64,000 nt of DNA. Origin: Octopus vulgaris. Lineage: Eukaryota. Every line of letters begins with the position of its first letter. The first letter of the stretch is position 1. The stretch is from NCBI GenBank assembly GCA_951406725.2, contig OX597822.1, positions 96,968,001 through 97,032,000 on the forward strand. The letters run 5' to 3'. Shown in pieces: positions 1 through 14,939 of the stretch. A program made the position numbers and the translations under genes. The notes beneath the pieces were generated by a model. That model searched no databases, was not told where the DNA came from, and saw nothing but the letters and a program-made list of their open reading frames with translations.

Positions 1-1313
1 GTTTATTTCTATCTCCTTTTATTCATTTTTAATCCTTCTGCATCAAGCCATACTCCATTTTCTCTTCACTGTTCTGCTTCCATGACTGCTCGTCTCACTT
101 GCTGGCTCTCTCCCTCTTTCTAATCCACATTTCTATGCTTTGTAACCACACACTCTCTTTCTCCCACTCAGCAGAGCCACTTTTCTTTTCCTTCCACATT
201 TCTATAGCCTTGGAGAAAGAAGGGAAATCTGAAAATAGCAATAAAAAAAAAAGGGTACATAAAAAGGGTACATATAGGGTGATAAATGTATGTCTACTAT
301 GTGAAACAATTTTATTTTTCAAATACTAGCCTTACACTTTTTATCTTACATTTTTATCTATTGTATGAAACATGTACATTTTCATTATTCAGATACACAC
401 ACACACAAAAAAAAAAAAAGAAATTCAGATTTAAAAGGAGAGTTAAGGAGGTTTTGTGATGATCATGCCTCTGTCAAAAGCATTAATAATTTAAATATAT
501 TGAACGTCTTCCTCAAGTAATTAAAACAATATTGCACACACATAGACTTACCTCTTGCACTGTCTTATCCACTAATTATTAATAGCATTGATCTTTTTAA
601 AGACTTGGTTTTAGATTTAATTAGAAGCATTTAATTAGAAGTATTGATTAAACCGAAATTTGTATTTACTTAATTAACCCCCTTGTAAGATAAAGTATAA
701 AGTTGATCGTGGCTTGATTTGAACTGAGGATGTAAAAAGCTAATCACTAATTAAATACAACATGACATTTGATCTGTTGTTTTACCATTTGAGCTACTCC
801 ACAAATACTTTTTTTTTAGATCTGATACTAAAGATGTATTTTGGGCTACTCTGAGTAATTTTTGCAAGATTGAAACAGCGTTTTAACCCTTTCGATAATA
901 AACAGCCTGTGGATGCCTGTATCATTGCAGATACCTATTTCCGGTTTTGAAGTGATCTAAATTAGTCATCCATCAAAATTTCATGTTTATCTTTGCTACA
1001 AGTACCTATTTAGTAATGGTTTCCAAATTTGGCACAAGGCCAGCACTTTGGTGGGCATTGGGGATAACTCAATTACATTGCCCCCCAGTACTCAATTGGT
1101 ACTTATTTTATCAACCCCGAAAGGATGGAAGGTAGAGTCAACCTCGACGGAATTTGAACTCAGAACATTAAGCCAGATGAAAAGCTGCTAAGTATTCTGC
1201 CTGGTGTCTTAACGGTTCTACCAGCTCGCTATCCTATACCAATTTAACGATGACATTAATTGAAACAAAAGCAGTGTATATCCACTTTGATATGATAACA
1301 AAAAGGTTGATTC

Positions 1314-1767
1314 TTAACCCTTTCGTTACTGTATTTCTGTTGAGATGCTCCATGTTTCTTTCAATTACTTTAACCCTTTAGCCTTTAAACCGGCCATATC
1401 CAGCCATAAGTATTCTGCCTGTTTTATGTTCATAATGGCCAGATCTGGTCTCTCACACCAACCCTACAATATCATTTAAAAAATTGACAGCTACCTCATC
1501 AAAATCTCAAAGCTACAAGATGATGCCTGATTAGTTCAAGGCAATGTGGATGAAAAAACCTTAATTTTGGTAGAATAATGCGAACAGTAAAGGGTTAAAT
1601 ATAACAAAGAATTTAGTAAAATAACTTAGTTATGATTAAGCTAGTTTTAGGAGCATAAATTGTGACTAAGGTTTGGTGGAAGATTTTAATTCAGAACTTA
1701 CAAAAACAAGACATTTGTACTACAGAGCCAGAACCGGTTTCAGCCGGGTTCGTAATGAAAGGGTTAA
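1314..1767. mobile_element. piggyBac-type MITE (family A) containing a nested family-B MITE at 1370-1598
   Basis: Outer ends TTAA-CCCTTTCGTTAC...GTAATGAAAGGG-TTAA. The inner element TTAA-CCCTTTAG...AAAGGG-TTAA is inserted at a duplicated TTAA. Confidence 0.8.
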
Positions 1768-1905
1768 TATGGTGAATTAAAACTTAAGGCCACAACCTAC
1801 TCTTTGTTTCTTACTTGAGAATATGCCAATGTTTGGGAAAGGCATGAATGACACAGCTCACCATTTACTCTGTTATTTGTTATTACCTTTCAGTATGATT
1901 ACTTA

Positions 1906-1943
<38 letters not shown>

Positions 1944-2808
1944 CATTCATATGTTCACTCATACAAATGCACATCTATGCATGCTCATATGCATTTTACA
2001 CATGTATGGCTGTGTGGTTAGGGAGCTTGCTTCCTAGCTATATGGTTTCGGGTTCAGTCCCACTGCGTGGCACTTTGGGTAGGTGTCTTCCACTATATTC
2101 CCGAGCCGACTGGAGCTTTGTGATTGAATTCGGTAGGTGGAAGTCCCTGCCGTGTGTGTATGTGTGCGTATAGCTGCTCAGTGCCTCTCCGAAAGAGAGA
2201 GAGAGAGGGATATATGCACTTATTCGTGCAACTCGTATAAATAAAAGCTCAACCACCATGCTCCCTCACAAATTAACTCTCTCTCTCTCACTTATACACA
2301 CATGTTTGTGTGTGTCTGTGTGTGAATTTGGAGCCATTTTATAGATTTATGTTATTAGGAAATGCATTCTAGACTCTTCACGGTCAATTTGTGTGTGGAC
2401 AGAATGTAAACATACATACATACACACCCAGACATAAACAGGTGCATACATACATACATACAAACAGTTTTCATATACATATATAAGACACAGATGAGTG
2501 TGTACAAGCATAAACACGTAGACATGTTTAAACAACTTGGTACTTTACACACATACACACGCATGCATGCACTCACTCATGCATACACATGCACACACAC
2601 ACACACGCACACACATTGCTAGAACTAACCTGAGAAGCCAGCAGGAAATAAGCTTCTAAATTCTCTTATCTTTCAGAGATAGAACTGTTGTGGAGATGAG
2701 GTAGAAACTCTATTGCAGCGATCATTATTAAATGAAACCTGTATAGGATACAAGATTATATGTACACACACTGCTCTCTCTCTCTCTCTCTCTCTCTCGC
2801 TATCTCTC

Positions 2809-2849
<41 letters not shown>

Positions 2850-2964
2850 TTAGGTAGGTAGATAGAGAGAAAGAAAAGGATTTATACATTTCTCTAACCA
2901 GCTTTCAACTTTACTTCTCCTTCTCTCGCTTTCTCTTACTTTTTCCCTCTCCCTCCCTTCCCAC

Positions 2965-3035
<71 letters not shown>

Positions 3036-6000
3036 AAGCATCTCTGTTTGTGTGTGTGTCTTTGTGCATGATCGTGTGAAACGAATTTTGTGTTGCTAGT
3101 ATGTATTTGTGTAACATTCATAACATAGTTTATTTATGGAATGTATGCACATCAGATATGTGTGCATGCATATGATACACGTGTGTATATGTATGTATGA
3201 GAGAGAGAGAGAGAGAGAGAGAATATATGTGTATTCCTAATATAGTCATATGTATTCCTAATATAGGCAAATTCTGGAGATTTTTAGTGAAAGCTGAATG
3301 AATGTGTGACATTCGTGCATTTCATTAAAAATAGCAATATTCTGGGCCCATTTTCCCCCCATGTCACTATTTCCACATGCTGCCATGGCACATTTATGCA
3401 AAGTTTTACATGAATCTATTCAAACTCAAGAAATGTCCCCTTATCTTAATCTTGGCCCCTTCAGTCTATCAGGACCTTATGAAACTATTATAATCATCAA
3501 TGTTTTAATATTCATTTTTCCATGCTTGCATTGGTTAGATGGAAGCTGATTTTCTACAATTGGGTGCCTTTCCTGTTGCTAACCCTTGGGTTTTGTTTCC
3601 TGACTAAACAATAAATGTATTTTTTTAATTCATATATTTTGTGTTGTCTACTTCATTGTTGTCTACATCTTAAACCTGTAAGGATATTTTAGTTTCTTTG
3701 GGCATTAGAAGTAATTTATCTCCCTTTGCCTTGGCTAATCTCCTTAGCCAATTACAATGTGTGTAAATTGTATAAGGCTTCTAATGATGAAATGAGTAAA
3801 AAACAACACTTTACTGACAGACATCATCATCATTTCAACAACCATTTGGCTATCGTTTTATAACCAGATGCATTTCTGTCACTAGCTCTTTCCTATTTTT
3901 TTAAGTAAAAGAGTTTTTATTCCATTCATCTTCAAAAATGCCTCGAAACCATGTGGTTTGAAAGCAAACTTTTTAACCACACAGCCAAAACATGAGACAC
4001 ACTGACACACAGTTTTGTTGCATACTGAATCTTTAGGGCTGTACGCCAAGTTCTCAATAAAAACACTACTCTCATATGTAAATCAGTTTAAGCCCTCAAT
4101 AATTTATACCATCATTATTTATGTAGTTCTGATTCCAGATTAATCAACCTCCACTATTTTGTTGACAAGAGTCTGACAACATCTAATGAAATTAGAAATC
4201 GGGCATTCTGATCACCATGGTGTCTTGCCAAGAATGTTAGGCTATATCTTACAAGACTGTATACTTTAAATCCTCTTCACTTCCTTTCTCTCTTTGTCTC
4301 TCTACTTCTCTTTTCCTCTCCATCTTTCTCTTTCATATATATCTCTGTACAGAATCAATCATTTTGATGATGGTAATTCTAATTTCTGTGAAATGAGAAG
4401 CTCTGACTTAGTGTAGTTCAGCTCTACTGAAAGCCTTTGAAGCAGATTCTTATTATCACTGTTAAACACTGTTAACCAAGATTTTACTTGGTTAAATAAC
4501 TTTTTATTGAGATTAGCTCTACTGGGTCATCAAGTTCCACCTTTTCCTTACCATATTCTGCTGGAAGACATTGACTTTGAATTCATTTTGAAAATAATGA
4601 AAAACTTAGTAAAATAACATGGTTCTTATTAAGCATGTATTGGGTACATAAATTCATATGAAATTTTCATAAAAGATTTTGATTCAATTTCGTTTAAGCA
4701 TTTTGCCCAGCGTGCTAACGTTTCTGCCCGCCAATTTCACTCTCAATTGGTTGGTCAGAGGCTACGTGTAGACAATGCTTGCCCAAGGTGCCATGCAATG
4801 AACTAGAAGTCATGACCCCTTGGTAACAAAGTGTACTCTTTATCCACGCAGTCATGCCTCTGCCTACGCTGTTGTTTTAGCGTTGCACCTTTCTATAGAA
4901 AATTGTCATAGTAGAGATTTTTTTTTTTTTATCTTCTCCATAACTGGTTCAATACCATTGGATTTTGATGTTCTATAATAAAATTGTTTTGATCACATAT
5001 TGATTTCTCCTGCTTGCCCGCCCGCCCCTCCACCTCCCCACACTCCCACCATTCTCTGTGAGACAGCAACTCCAGTGTCAGTTGCTATGTGAATTTTATA
5101 TGAAAGTGATAAAAATAAATGGCCAAGATTCAAGTAATTTATCAAGTATCATACCAAAGGCCAGTTTATTTTTAAGTGAAATGTTTGGCCACCAGAATAT
5201 TGTTCCAGATAAAAATAATTAGAAGATGATACCAGAAAAAGGGGGTTGGCATGAAAACTTCTAGAACCTGCTGGCTATTCTAGAGCTTTTTTGAGAATGC
5301 GATAAGAATAGGCTGCTTTAGTTAGAAGTTCTCTATGCTTCTGTATTTGAAATGAGGTTATTTTATTGTATTATCTGTAAGCCAAGCGGAAACAGTTAGC
5401 ATTGCACAAAGCTTAAATTAATCACATTCTTTGCTAGTTCTTAATGAATATGTGTGTCTATGTGTGTATGTGTCTATTGGTAGGTAGATATATATATATA
5501 TAGATGGATAGATACATGAATAGATATTTCGCAAGTACAACAAGAATGTATTTCAGTGCAAAACATTTACTGGGTTTGAATAATAATAATAATAATTATA
5601 ATAATTATTATTATTATTATTATTATTATTATACAAGCAGAAGTAGTGGGGGAGCATCATAGCTATGTGTTGAAAGGAACTCTTGGAGGTTTGGATAATT
5701 CACCTTTGGAAACATGGGTGGTTCGATCAACATCCTTAAACAATCCTTATTCAGGGACCTTTTGAGCGGGATGGGCTACTCGACCTTCATATGTAAGTCA
5801 GTTTGCATTAATCTTAGAATGCAGATACATGCACATGTTGGAGCAGGCATGGCTTTATGGTTGTTTCCTGACCATTTGGGGTTTTTTGTTAGATCCCATT
5901 ATATGACATCTTGAGCAAGTGTCTTCTACATTAACCTCTTAAAGACTGATTTCTTAGGAGTGGAATTGTTAGACAGAAACTGTATGGATGCCTGTTTTGT

Positions 6001-7049
6001 GTATGCGTGCATATGTATGTATGTATGTGCTGCTCAGTGCTTTTGAAGACCAATGGTGACAAAATATAAATATCCTTTACTTTGGAAATCTAGCCAGAAA
6101 ATACTACCTCATATCAGTTTTTATCCAACCCATGTTAGCATGGAAAAAGCAAAAAAAACAAACAACTCTGAGTTTCCCAGCAATAGAGTTTTGCTTCGTG
6201 GTTTTTTTTTCTTTTCCAGGTTATTTCACATACGGCTCTTTCCCCAGAAAAGGAAAGATTTAGCTGCTATTTCTTGCACGCCCTGCTACCACATAACAGG
6301 TATTTGGGTCCTTTATCACAAATAGATGTTACATGGTAGCAAGGCGTGCTAGAAATAGCAGCCAAATCTTTGGAGAGGAGATATGTTGAATGCACTTGAA
6401 AAAAACCTATGGTAAAAACTATTTCACACTAAGGTTATTTTATGAAATATTTACCCTATTTTTTAAGTCATTTTCACTTTAAAATATTTTTTATACATGC
6501 CAAAAGAAATTTTTGTAATGGTATTCACTTGAAAATAATTTTAGAAAGCACTACAACATTGTCTGTTTAAAGAAAGCTAAAATACAAATACTGTACAAAC
6601 AGTTTACATTTTTGAAATCACATTCACTTAAAAATATTTGTAAATGATTGAAATAAAGTGTTTAACAAACGTGAAAATAGAAACACTTACTGTAAAAAAA
6701 AAACTTGTATTTTTTTGCAGTCATGTCACTGTGCCTAATCAAAAGATAAGAGTTTCTTCCCTTTCAGGATTAACATTATTTTCAGAATAATTTTCCATTA
6801 TGCACTGTTTCGGGTATTTATACCCGAAAACCTCTAATATCCCATAAACTATTTGTCCAATTTACATGAACCTTGTTTTATTCTGTTCGTTTTCACATTT
6901 CAAGGTAAACTTAATTCATAGTATTTTCCCATTATGCGGCAGTTTGGCTGGGTAACATTGCAAGCAAGCAAACAAGATTCAAACTGACTTTTCATGTATC
7001 ATAGATTATCCTATCTTCTCCTGAGTTATCTATATCACATTTCAGCTCC

Positions 7050-7388
7050 ATTCCACAGCTTAAAGATGCAATATTTTTCTCAATTGCTCTGTTCCAAGTA
7101 TTACTGCCAACCGAGTACTGCTTATGAAGTTTGGTATTTGCAGCATTTGATGCCAGTATATTGCTTTCTTTGAGATGATGACATGTGCACTGATCACAAT
7201 AAGTACTGCACTCACTTCTGAAGCTCTATGGACACATTTCACTTCCAATGCTAGGTCTTGGTACTTCAGGATTTTCTCATTCTCTATCATTGCAATATTC
7301 TAGCCTGCAGGTATAGCTACATTGATGAAGCTCCATTCTTTGGACACTTACCATAGGAGAGTGATATCTGATTGGTTATGTTGCAGCT
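7050..7388 (-). mobile_element. 3' fragment of an RLE-type (R4/Dong-like) non-LTR retrotransposon
   Basis: Minus-strand translation HNQSDI...FINVAIP...ENEKILKYQDLA...VLIVISAH...AVILGT..LRKIL resembles the decayed restriction-like endonuclease end of R4/Dong ORFs. The truncated end abuts (TTA)n. Confidence 0.7.
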
Positions 7389-7830
7389 TATTATTATTTT
7401 TTTTTTATTATTATTATTGTTGTTGCTGTTGCTGGCAGAATCATTAGGTCATTGGACAGAATGCTAAGTGGCAATTCTTTTGGTTTCTTACATTCTAAGT
7501 TCAAATTCCACCAAGGTTGACTTTGTCTTTTAGCTTTCCAGGGTAGATAAAATAAGTGCCAGTTAAGCACTAGGGTAATTAACTTATCCTCTCACCCTAA
7601 AAGTGTTGACTTTGTACCAAATTTGAACCAATTATTATTATTATTATTATTATTATTATTGGTTGGTTGGCATCCTTTCTGTCTCGGGAGACAATGGAGT
7701 TGCGCATGAAGTAGTCTAGTCCGGCTTTTATATTTCATGTCCTGATACATTTCCTGCTGTGGCTGTGTAGTCCTATCCTGGCAGGTACCGCAAATGTAGC
7801 GAAGACTGTTCCTGGCTGGTTGTAGTGCCA

Positions 7831-7831
<1 letters not shown>

Positions 7832-7887
<56 letters not shown>

Positions 7888-8048
7888 GAGTGAGAGAGCA
7901 GTGCATGCCATCAAAGTGACACTGGGGTAAAATATACGAAGCCCAATATACCCATCATGACTACCCGTCTGATAAAGGTACACCAGGCACATTATTATTA
8001 TTATTATCATTATTATTATTATTATTACTATTATTATTACTATTATTA

Positions 8049-8142
<94 letters not shown>

Positions 8143-8151
8143 ATTTATTAC

Positions 8152-8182
<31 letters not shown>

Positions 8183-8195
8183 TTATATATATATA
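7832..8195. repeat. (TTA)n arrays flanking a ~100-bp unique or TE-derived insert (7889-7991)
   Basis: Directly visible. Confidence 0.9.
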
Positions 8196-9063
8196 TCTTT
8201 CTTACATGTTACCAAATATCTCTTAACATTTAACACGTGCATTCTTTTTATCTTCCCCTACATCTTAAATTATTTCTCTCTTTTGTCTTCCGAAAAACGA
8301 AGATTGTAATCAATATATTTCACAAGATTCTTCCTTTCTTTGTATTTCTAGCATTCAGGCCTCCTCGTAAGTAAGAATTATGCACCATTCCACTTTAGGT
8401 TTCTTTTTTTCCTTATTCTCTCTCTCTCTCTCTCTCTCTCTTTTATGACCCTCTGCTACTCTCATTCCTCACTACCCACCCCATTCTTTGTAATCCAGTC
8501 CAATTCTTTTACTTCTCGCCTTCCTTTTGCAGTTCCAATTCACTTTAATGTGTAATTTTATGGCCATAATGCAGAGTTTAGTTATAGAAATAACAAACTA
8601 TTATTATTAAGGCAGTGAGCTGGCAGAATCATTAGCAGACTGGGCAAAATGCTTAGCGGCATTTTGTTCATCCTTATATTCTGAGTTCAAATTCCACCGA
8701 AGTTAACTTTGCCTTTCATCCTTTCAGAGTGGATAAAATAAGTACCAATTTAGCACTGAAGTTGATGTAATTGACTAGCCCCCACCCATCTCCCAAAATT
8801 TCAGGCCTTGTACTTATAGTAGAAAGAATTATTATTATTATTTTTTTTTTTAAGGGGGCAGATTGTTAGCACACACTTCACAGCATTTCCTTCAGCTTTA
8901 AATTCTAAGTTCAAAAGCTACCAAGGTCAAATTTGCATTTCATCCTTTTTGGGGTCGATAAAATAAGCACTAGTTGAGTAGTGGGGCCAAAGCAATTTAT
9001 TTGTCCTCTCCTTCCAAATTTCAGGCCTTGTGCCTTGAGTAGAAAGGATTATTATTATCATCA

Positions 9064-9112
<49 letters not shown>

Positions 9113-10202
9113 AGAAGATGTAAAACATTTGAAAAAGAAACCTAGCTGTCTATTGCAATAAATACATATAAAAGCAAAATTTTTCATGGACCAGTAAAAT
9201 ACTACTGTGGATGCCCAATTTTCTACTTTGCCTGCATGTACCCTCCCCAAAATCATTTATGGACCCTGGTTGAGAATCACTAGTCTAAAGAGACTGTGAT
9301 TCCTCACCCTTCATATCTTGTGGTCCCTTTCACTGAATCATGTTTTACAAAAATAAAAAAATGAAATAAGAATTAAACAGAAGCTGATTTTGCACAATGG
9401 TCTGTTCATATTATCTTATTCCTTCCAAACCCAGCATGTACCTCATTTTAGATATTTGTCTGACCTAGTGTACCCAGTGTTAAATTTTTATGGAAATTGT
9501 TGAAGAAGGTGAGGATGTACATAATGAAATTATAGTGGAATTTGCCTCATCATCATTTATGTTTACTGATCACTGATAACAAAATGTCATATTCGTTTTT
9601 TTTAATCCCAATAAAGATTTTTCTGAAAATGTGTATAAGATCTGTGTATTGTATACTTGGTTTAAATATTTTATTTCTCAGAAAAATCACAGCCCCTCTA
9701 AACACTCAGTGCTTCCTTTGTGCCCTTTTGATTTGCTGTCCCTTTTGTGAACTGGTGACACTTCCAAGGGGGCACTACTGCCCGTGTTAAGAAACACTGA
9801 TCTTAAGTGAAATGGGGTGTATAAATTTTCTTTAAGACAAAGGAATGGATATATATATATATATTTATAGACCCATTAAATGTGTTTGTGGTAAGTTCTG
9901 TCTCTGTTTTGTTTGAATTAGCAGTCCAGTTTATCTGTTCCTTCTTGAAGCTGTATCACTTCATTTCTATCACTAAGGATCTTGGAAAAGTCAGGATATA
10001 AACTGCAACCATGAAAACGGTTGCACATGCCTGATCTACACAAGCAGCACATCACCAACTCAAACCGCCGCCACCACCACCATCATCTAAGCCAGCACCA
10101 TCACCACCATCAAAGCCACTGCTACCAACACCTACACCATCATAACCATCTACACTAGTTATGGATAGACTGCAGACCACAGGACTTTCTGAATGGCATA
10201 AC

Positions 10203-10429
10203 TTAACCCTTTCGTGTTCAGATTATTCAATCAAACATAATGCCTGTTGATTCCCATTGATTTGAATTAATTATGCATTATCTCATATCTTCAAGATCTT
10301 GATGGTGTAATTACTTAATGTAGAATAACATTGTAGGGTAGGTGTGAGAGCCTGGATCTGGTCAGTTTGAACATAAAACAGATTAACTATTTTGGCCGGA
10401 TATGGCCGGTTTAAATACTAAAGGGTTAA
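10203..10429. mobile_element. piggyBac-type MITE family B
   Basis: TTAA-CCCTTT...AAAGGG-TTAA ends. Internal sequence is shared with 1370-1598, 20895-21100, 35160-35384 and 53624-53853. Confidence 0.8.
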
Positions 10430-10713
10430 TGCAAAATTACTTTGAATCTTTTTAGAAGTGTGGCCTGCCTGTTGATGAGCCGTGTCTCATGAGGCCTGCT
10501 TCTCAAAACGGTTGCCCGTTCTTGATACAAACACTTGTTTCACTGACATATGGGGACTTTGAGATACTGTGGTGTTTCAACCTCCTCGATTAAGTCATTC
10601 CTGGGTCAGTGAACCTAAATGGGTGATGAATCTTACTTATAGAAATCAACAAATGAATTATTTGCTGATGCATGCCTATGTCTGCCACACTATTAATAAA
10701 TCATCGCATGCAA

Positions 10714-11182
10714 GGTGGCAAGCTGGCAGAAACGTTAGCATACCAGACGAAATGCTTAGCGGTATTTCGTTTGCCATTACGTTCTGAGTTCAAATTCCAC
10801 CGAGGTCGACTTTGCCTTTCATCCTTTTGGGGTCGATAAATAAAGTACCAGTTATGCACTGGGGTCGATGTAATCGACTTAATCCCTTTGTCTGTCCTTC
10901 TTTGTCCCCTCTATGTTTAGCCCCTAGTGGGTAATAAAGAAATAAGAAACCGTATTGTACTGTATATTTGGCAGCGAGCTGGCAGAAACGTTAGCACACC
11001 GGGCGAAATGCTTAGTGGTGTTTCGTCTATCTCTACGTTCTGAGTTCAAATTCCACCGAGGTCGACTTTGCCTTTCATCCTTTCGGGGTCGATAAATTAA
11101 GTACCAGTTGCATACTGGGGTTGATCTAATCGACTGGTCCCCTCCCCAAAAATTTCAGGCCTTGTGCCTAGAGTAGAAAACA
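10714..11182 (+). mobile_element. Two head-to-tail family-1 SINEs with different 3' tails
   Basis: Copies at about 10714-10945 and 10970-11182. Other copies at about 1020-1230 (-), 7430-7630, 8610-8830, 13024-13245, 25925-26350, 30696-31135, 38950-39220 and 50340-50470. Confidence 0.8.
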
Positions 11183-11487
11183 GTAAATCATCACATGCAA
11201 GCTGAACAGTGAGATTCAAAATATTGATCCACCTATTCATTCTTAATGTTTCATTAATTGCAACTTCAAAAAAGTCTTTATCATTAATCTCAAAGTTTCT
11301 CTAATTATTCCTATTCATAAACCCAAAGTTTAGTGGTAGTCTTATCTTGCTGTTGAAAAGTTTCCTTGGAGCTTCATGTTGATATGCATGCACGCATATA
11401 TACAAGCATACATACATACATACATACAAACCATACATATATATATGTATGAGTGCACAGATATATACACACATCCATGAATGTATG

Positions 11488-11534
<47 letters not shown>

Positions 11535-11637
11535 TTACATGCATACAGACACACACACAAATGCGCATACATGTATATATCCAAGCATACATAAATACAC
11601 AAAAATGCATAGATATACATACAAACACATTCATAGA

Positions 11638-11737
11638 NNNNNNNNNNNNNNNNNNNNNNNNNNNNNNNNNNNNNNNNNNNNNNNNNNNNNNNNNNNNNNN
11701 NNNNNNNNNNNNNNNNNNNNNNNNNNNNNNNNNNNNN
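11638..11737. other. Assembly gap (100 N); contiguity of 1-11637 with the rest is not demonstrated
   Basis: Run of exactly 100 N, the usual placeholder for a gap of unknown size. Confidence 0.99.
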
Positions 11738-12062
11738 TTACAATGATGATGATGATGGTGATGACTGTTCTTGGTTATTCATCATTGACGCTTGCGTTGA
11801 CTGCAGTATATGCGGACACTTTATTAAGATTCAACCTGATATGTAGCTAAAAAGTTAGAATCAGTAGTGTATGTAGATGCAATATTCAGATTCAGAACTG
11901 TTACTTCTAGCTTCGTTAGTAATTGATTTGTTGTCTCTTACTAATCATTGATTTTGCGGTAAAATTCAAGTAACGCAGGCTGCACTCCCTTCTCAAAATG
12001 AAACTGACTCAGAAAAGTCGGGAGACACTGTATTTTCTTCCTTTGTTTGAAGCAATATCAGT

Positions 12063-12466
12063 TACTCTTTTACTCTTTTACTTGTTTCAGTCATTTGACT
12101 GCGGCCATGCTGGAACACCGCCTTTAATCGAGCAACTCGACCCCCGGGACTTATTCTTTTGTAAGCCCAGTACTTATTTCTATCGGTCTCTTTTGCCGAA
12201 CCGCTAAGTGACGGGGACGTAAACACACAGCAGCATCGGTTGTCAAGCAATGCTAGGGGACAAACACAGACACACAATCATACGCGCACATACATATATA
12301 CGACGGGCTTCTTTCAGTTTCCGTCTACCAAATCCACTCACAAGGCTTTGGTCGGCCCGAGGCTATAGTGGAAGACACTTGCCCAAGGTGCCACGCAGTG
12401 GGACTGAACCCAGAACCATGTGGTTGGTAAACATGCTACTTACCACACAGCCACTCCTGCGCCTAT
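12063..12466 (-). mobile_element. Full-length tRNA-headed SINE (family 2)
   Basis: Minus strand ataggcgcaggagtggctgtgtggtaag...ggttcagtccc...ggcaccttgggcaagtgtctt, an internal microsatellite, and a tail gactgaaacaagtaaaagagtaaaagag. Confidence 0.85.
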
Positions 12467-13261
12467 AAAAAAAAGAATACAAAAGCAAACCATGCATTTT
12501 AATTTACTCCACATGTTTTACTACAGAAATTCAAGAGCTGGAATATTTCCACATAGAGAGAGATCGCTTTAGTGTATCCCACATGTTACGCTTTACACTA
12601 TCAATAAATCACTGCATAGTTTGTCGTTTTTTTTTGTTTTTTTTTTACTCCGCATTCAAGACTTCTGCATGTCTGGTGATGTGTCACAGTGTCACAGTAT
12701 GATGCAATTTATGAGACTTGTAAGATTTTTTTATCATCTTGATTTGATCGAACTGGGGGTGCGGGGGGGGGGGGGTTGATCCGAATCCATGGTTGAAGGT
12801 AATGTTTCTTTTCAACATTTCTTCATGGAATTAATGTTGCGACAAAGGAGAAAAAGCAGAAAGGAAAGCAATCGCTGTACATTGGCCTTTAGCTGACTTC
12901 CCTCTCTTATGTCAACATAACATGAACACTGGGCAATGCAGTGATTCATGTTTGTTTTTTAAAAATGATGCACCAGATCATGTTTGCACCAAATTTTTTG
13001 TTTCCATTATTATTATTATTATAAGGTGGTGAGCTGGCAGAATTGTTAGCTCTCCTGGTAAAATGCTTAGTGGCATTTCATCCATCATTACGTTCTGAGT
13101 TCGAGTTCAAATACCACCAAGGTTGACGTTTTTCTTTCATCCTTTCTGAGTTGATAAAATAAGCACCAGTTATGCACTCTGGGTCGATGTATTCAACTAT
13201 CCCCTCCCACCAAATTTCAGCCTTGTGCCTATAGTAGAAAGGATTATTATTAAGTTTTATC

Positions 13262-13299
<38 letters not shown>

Positions 13300-14939
13300 T
13301 ATGAAAGAATTATTTCATATATTTATATTTTTAAAATGAACATACAAATTTCCACACGAAAGAACGTAATCTATGCCCTAGGCACGTAACTTCAACCGTG
13401 TTTTTTCTGAAGTGAATTTGCTACCCAGGTATCGGTTAATTCGAATTATCCTCAATAAGATAATTCATTCAACTATTCATATATTTATATATATATATAT
13501 ATATATATATGCATGTCTGTTTAGATACATTGATTAATTGATAGAAAAGTGTCATGTTTATCCTGTTTTCCTATGTATGGCATAAAAAGTTGATGTAAGA
13601 TTTGAAAAGAGACAAGTTTCTTTAGATTAATATGTTTATCGATGCAGAAATTTAATGAGTGCGAATTGAGTTATTTTAGTATTTCTTTCAAAATGTCAAA
13701 GAAAAGAAATAGTGGGTCACCATTTGAATATGTCTTTCATTGTGTACGAAAATGGATTTCAAAAATTATATTTCTATATACGCATATGAATGTGAGTGTA
13801 TGAATGTATGTATATAAGTATATATAGTTCTATATGCTTGTAAGTATACTTCTATGTATGTGTGTATGCATGTATAGGCAGGTATGTATATACCTACATA
13901 TGTATTCACCATTGTCAGTAGTGTGTGTAACTACTTATTTTGTATGCATGTATGCAGTCACGTATATAGGCATATATGTATGTATGTATGTATGTATGAT
14001 GAAGTACTGGGTTTGTTATTTCTTATGGAATCTTTATTATGTGTATGTTTTTGGTTTTGTTGGACACAGGTCAGTCCTAATGCCGCCAACATATGGTTTA
14101 AGATGTTCTTGGTCAACATCATGTCTGCCTTCATTTAGGCCTAAGTGCATCTGTGACTACCTTATGCAGAGTATCCCCTTTTTTTCTTTTTTTTAAAGAT
14201 GGTGTGATTTGAGAGAGATTTAGTAGCTATTTCTAGCAGGTTGTCACTACTTAGTTTTGTTATAGTATTATAACGATTTCAACTGTTATCCACCATGTAT
14301 CAAGAACTACATGATTGGAGGGAGATTTGGCTGCTACTGCTAGCACCCAAAGCCTAACTAGGAAGCCTCAACACAAAGTATTGAGACATCCTAGTTAGTT
14401 CATTAATATTTCAGTTAAACCTGATGATACTTGGCCTCAACATCTGGGAAGGCTGTAATTCTGGTGAAGAGAGAAAAACAAGTGGGGGTGGAGGTCTTGT
14501 TGAGATCCTTGGACCAGAAGGAATTCTGGGAAGGGTACATTGTGTGTGTTTATAAATGTTGACATCTACTAAAGAAACCTACAAACAAAACATATATATA
14601 TATATATATGTATGTATTTATTTATGTATATATATCTATATATATGTATTTATTTATGTATATGTATGTATAACTATATGAATGTATATGGCGGTGCCCC
14701 AGCATGACCACAGCTTGTGAGCTGAAACTAGATGAAATAAATGTGTGTGTGTGTGTGTGTATATATGTTTATATTTATGTGTGTGTGTACACACCTCCAT
14801 ATAACTTAACCATGCTGTTGAAAGACTTCTCCTAATCAAGAACAGTAACTCCTCGCTTGCACCGCTTATCAGACTTCCCGTTTTTCTCGATTTCCTCCCC
14901 TCTCTCTCTCTCTCTGTCTTTCTGTCTATCCATTTACTT

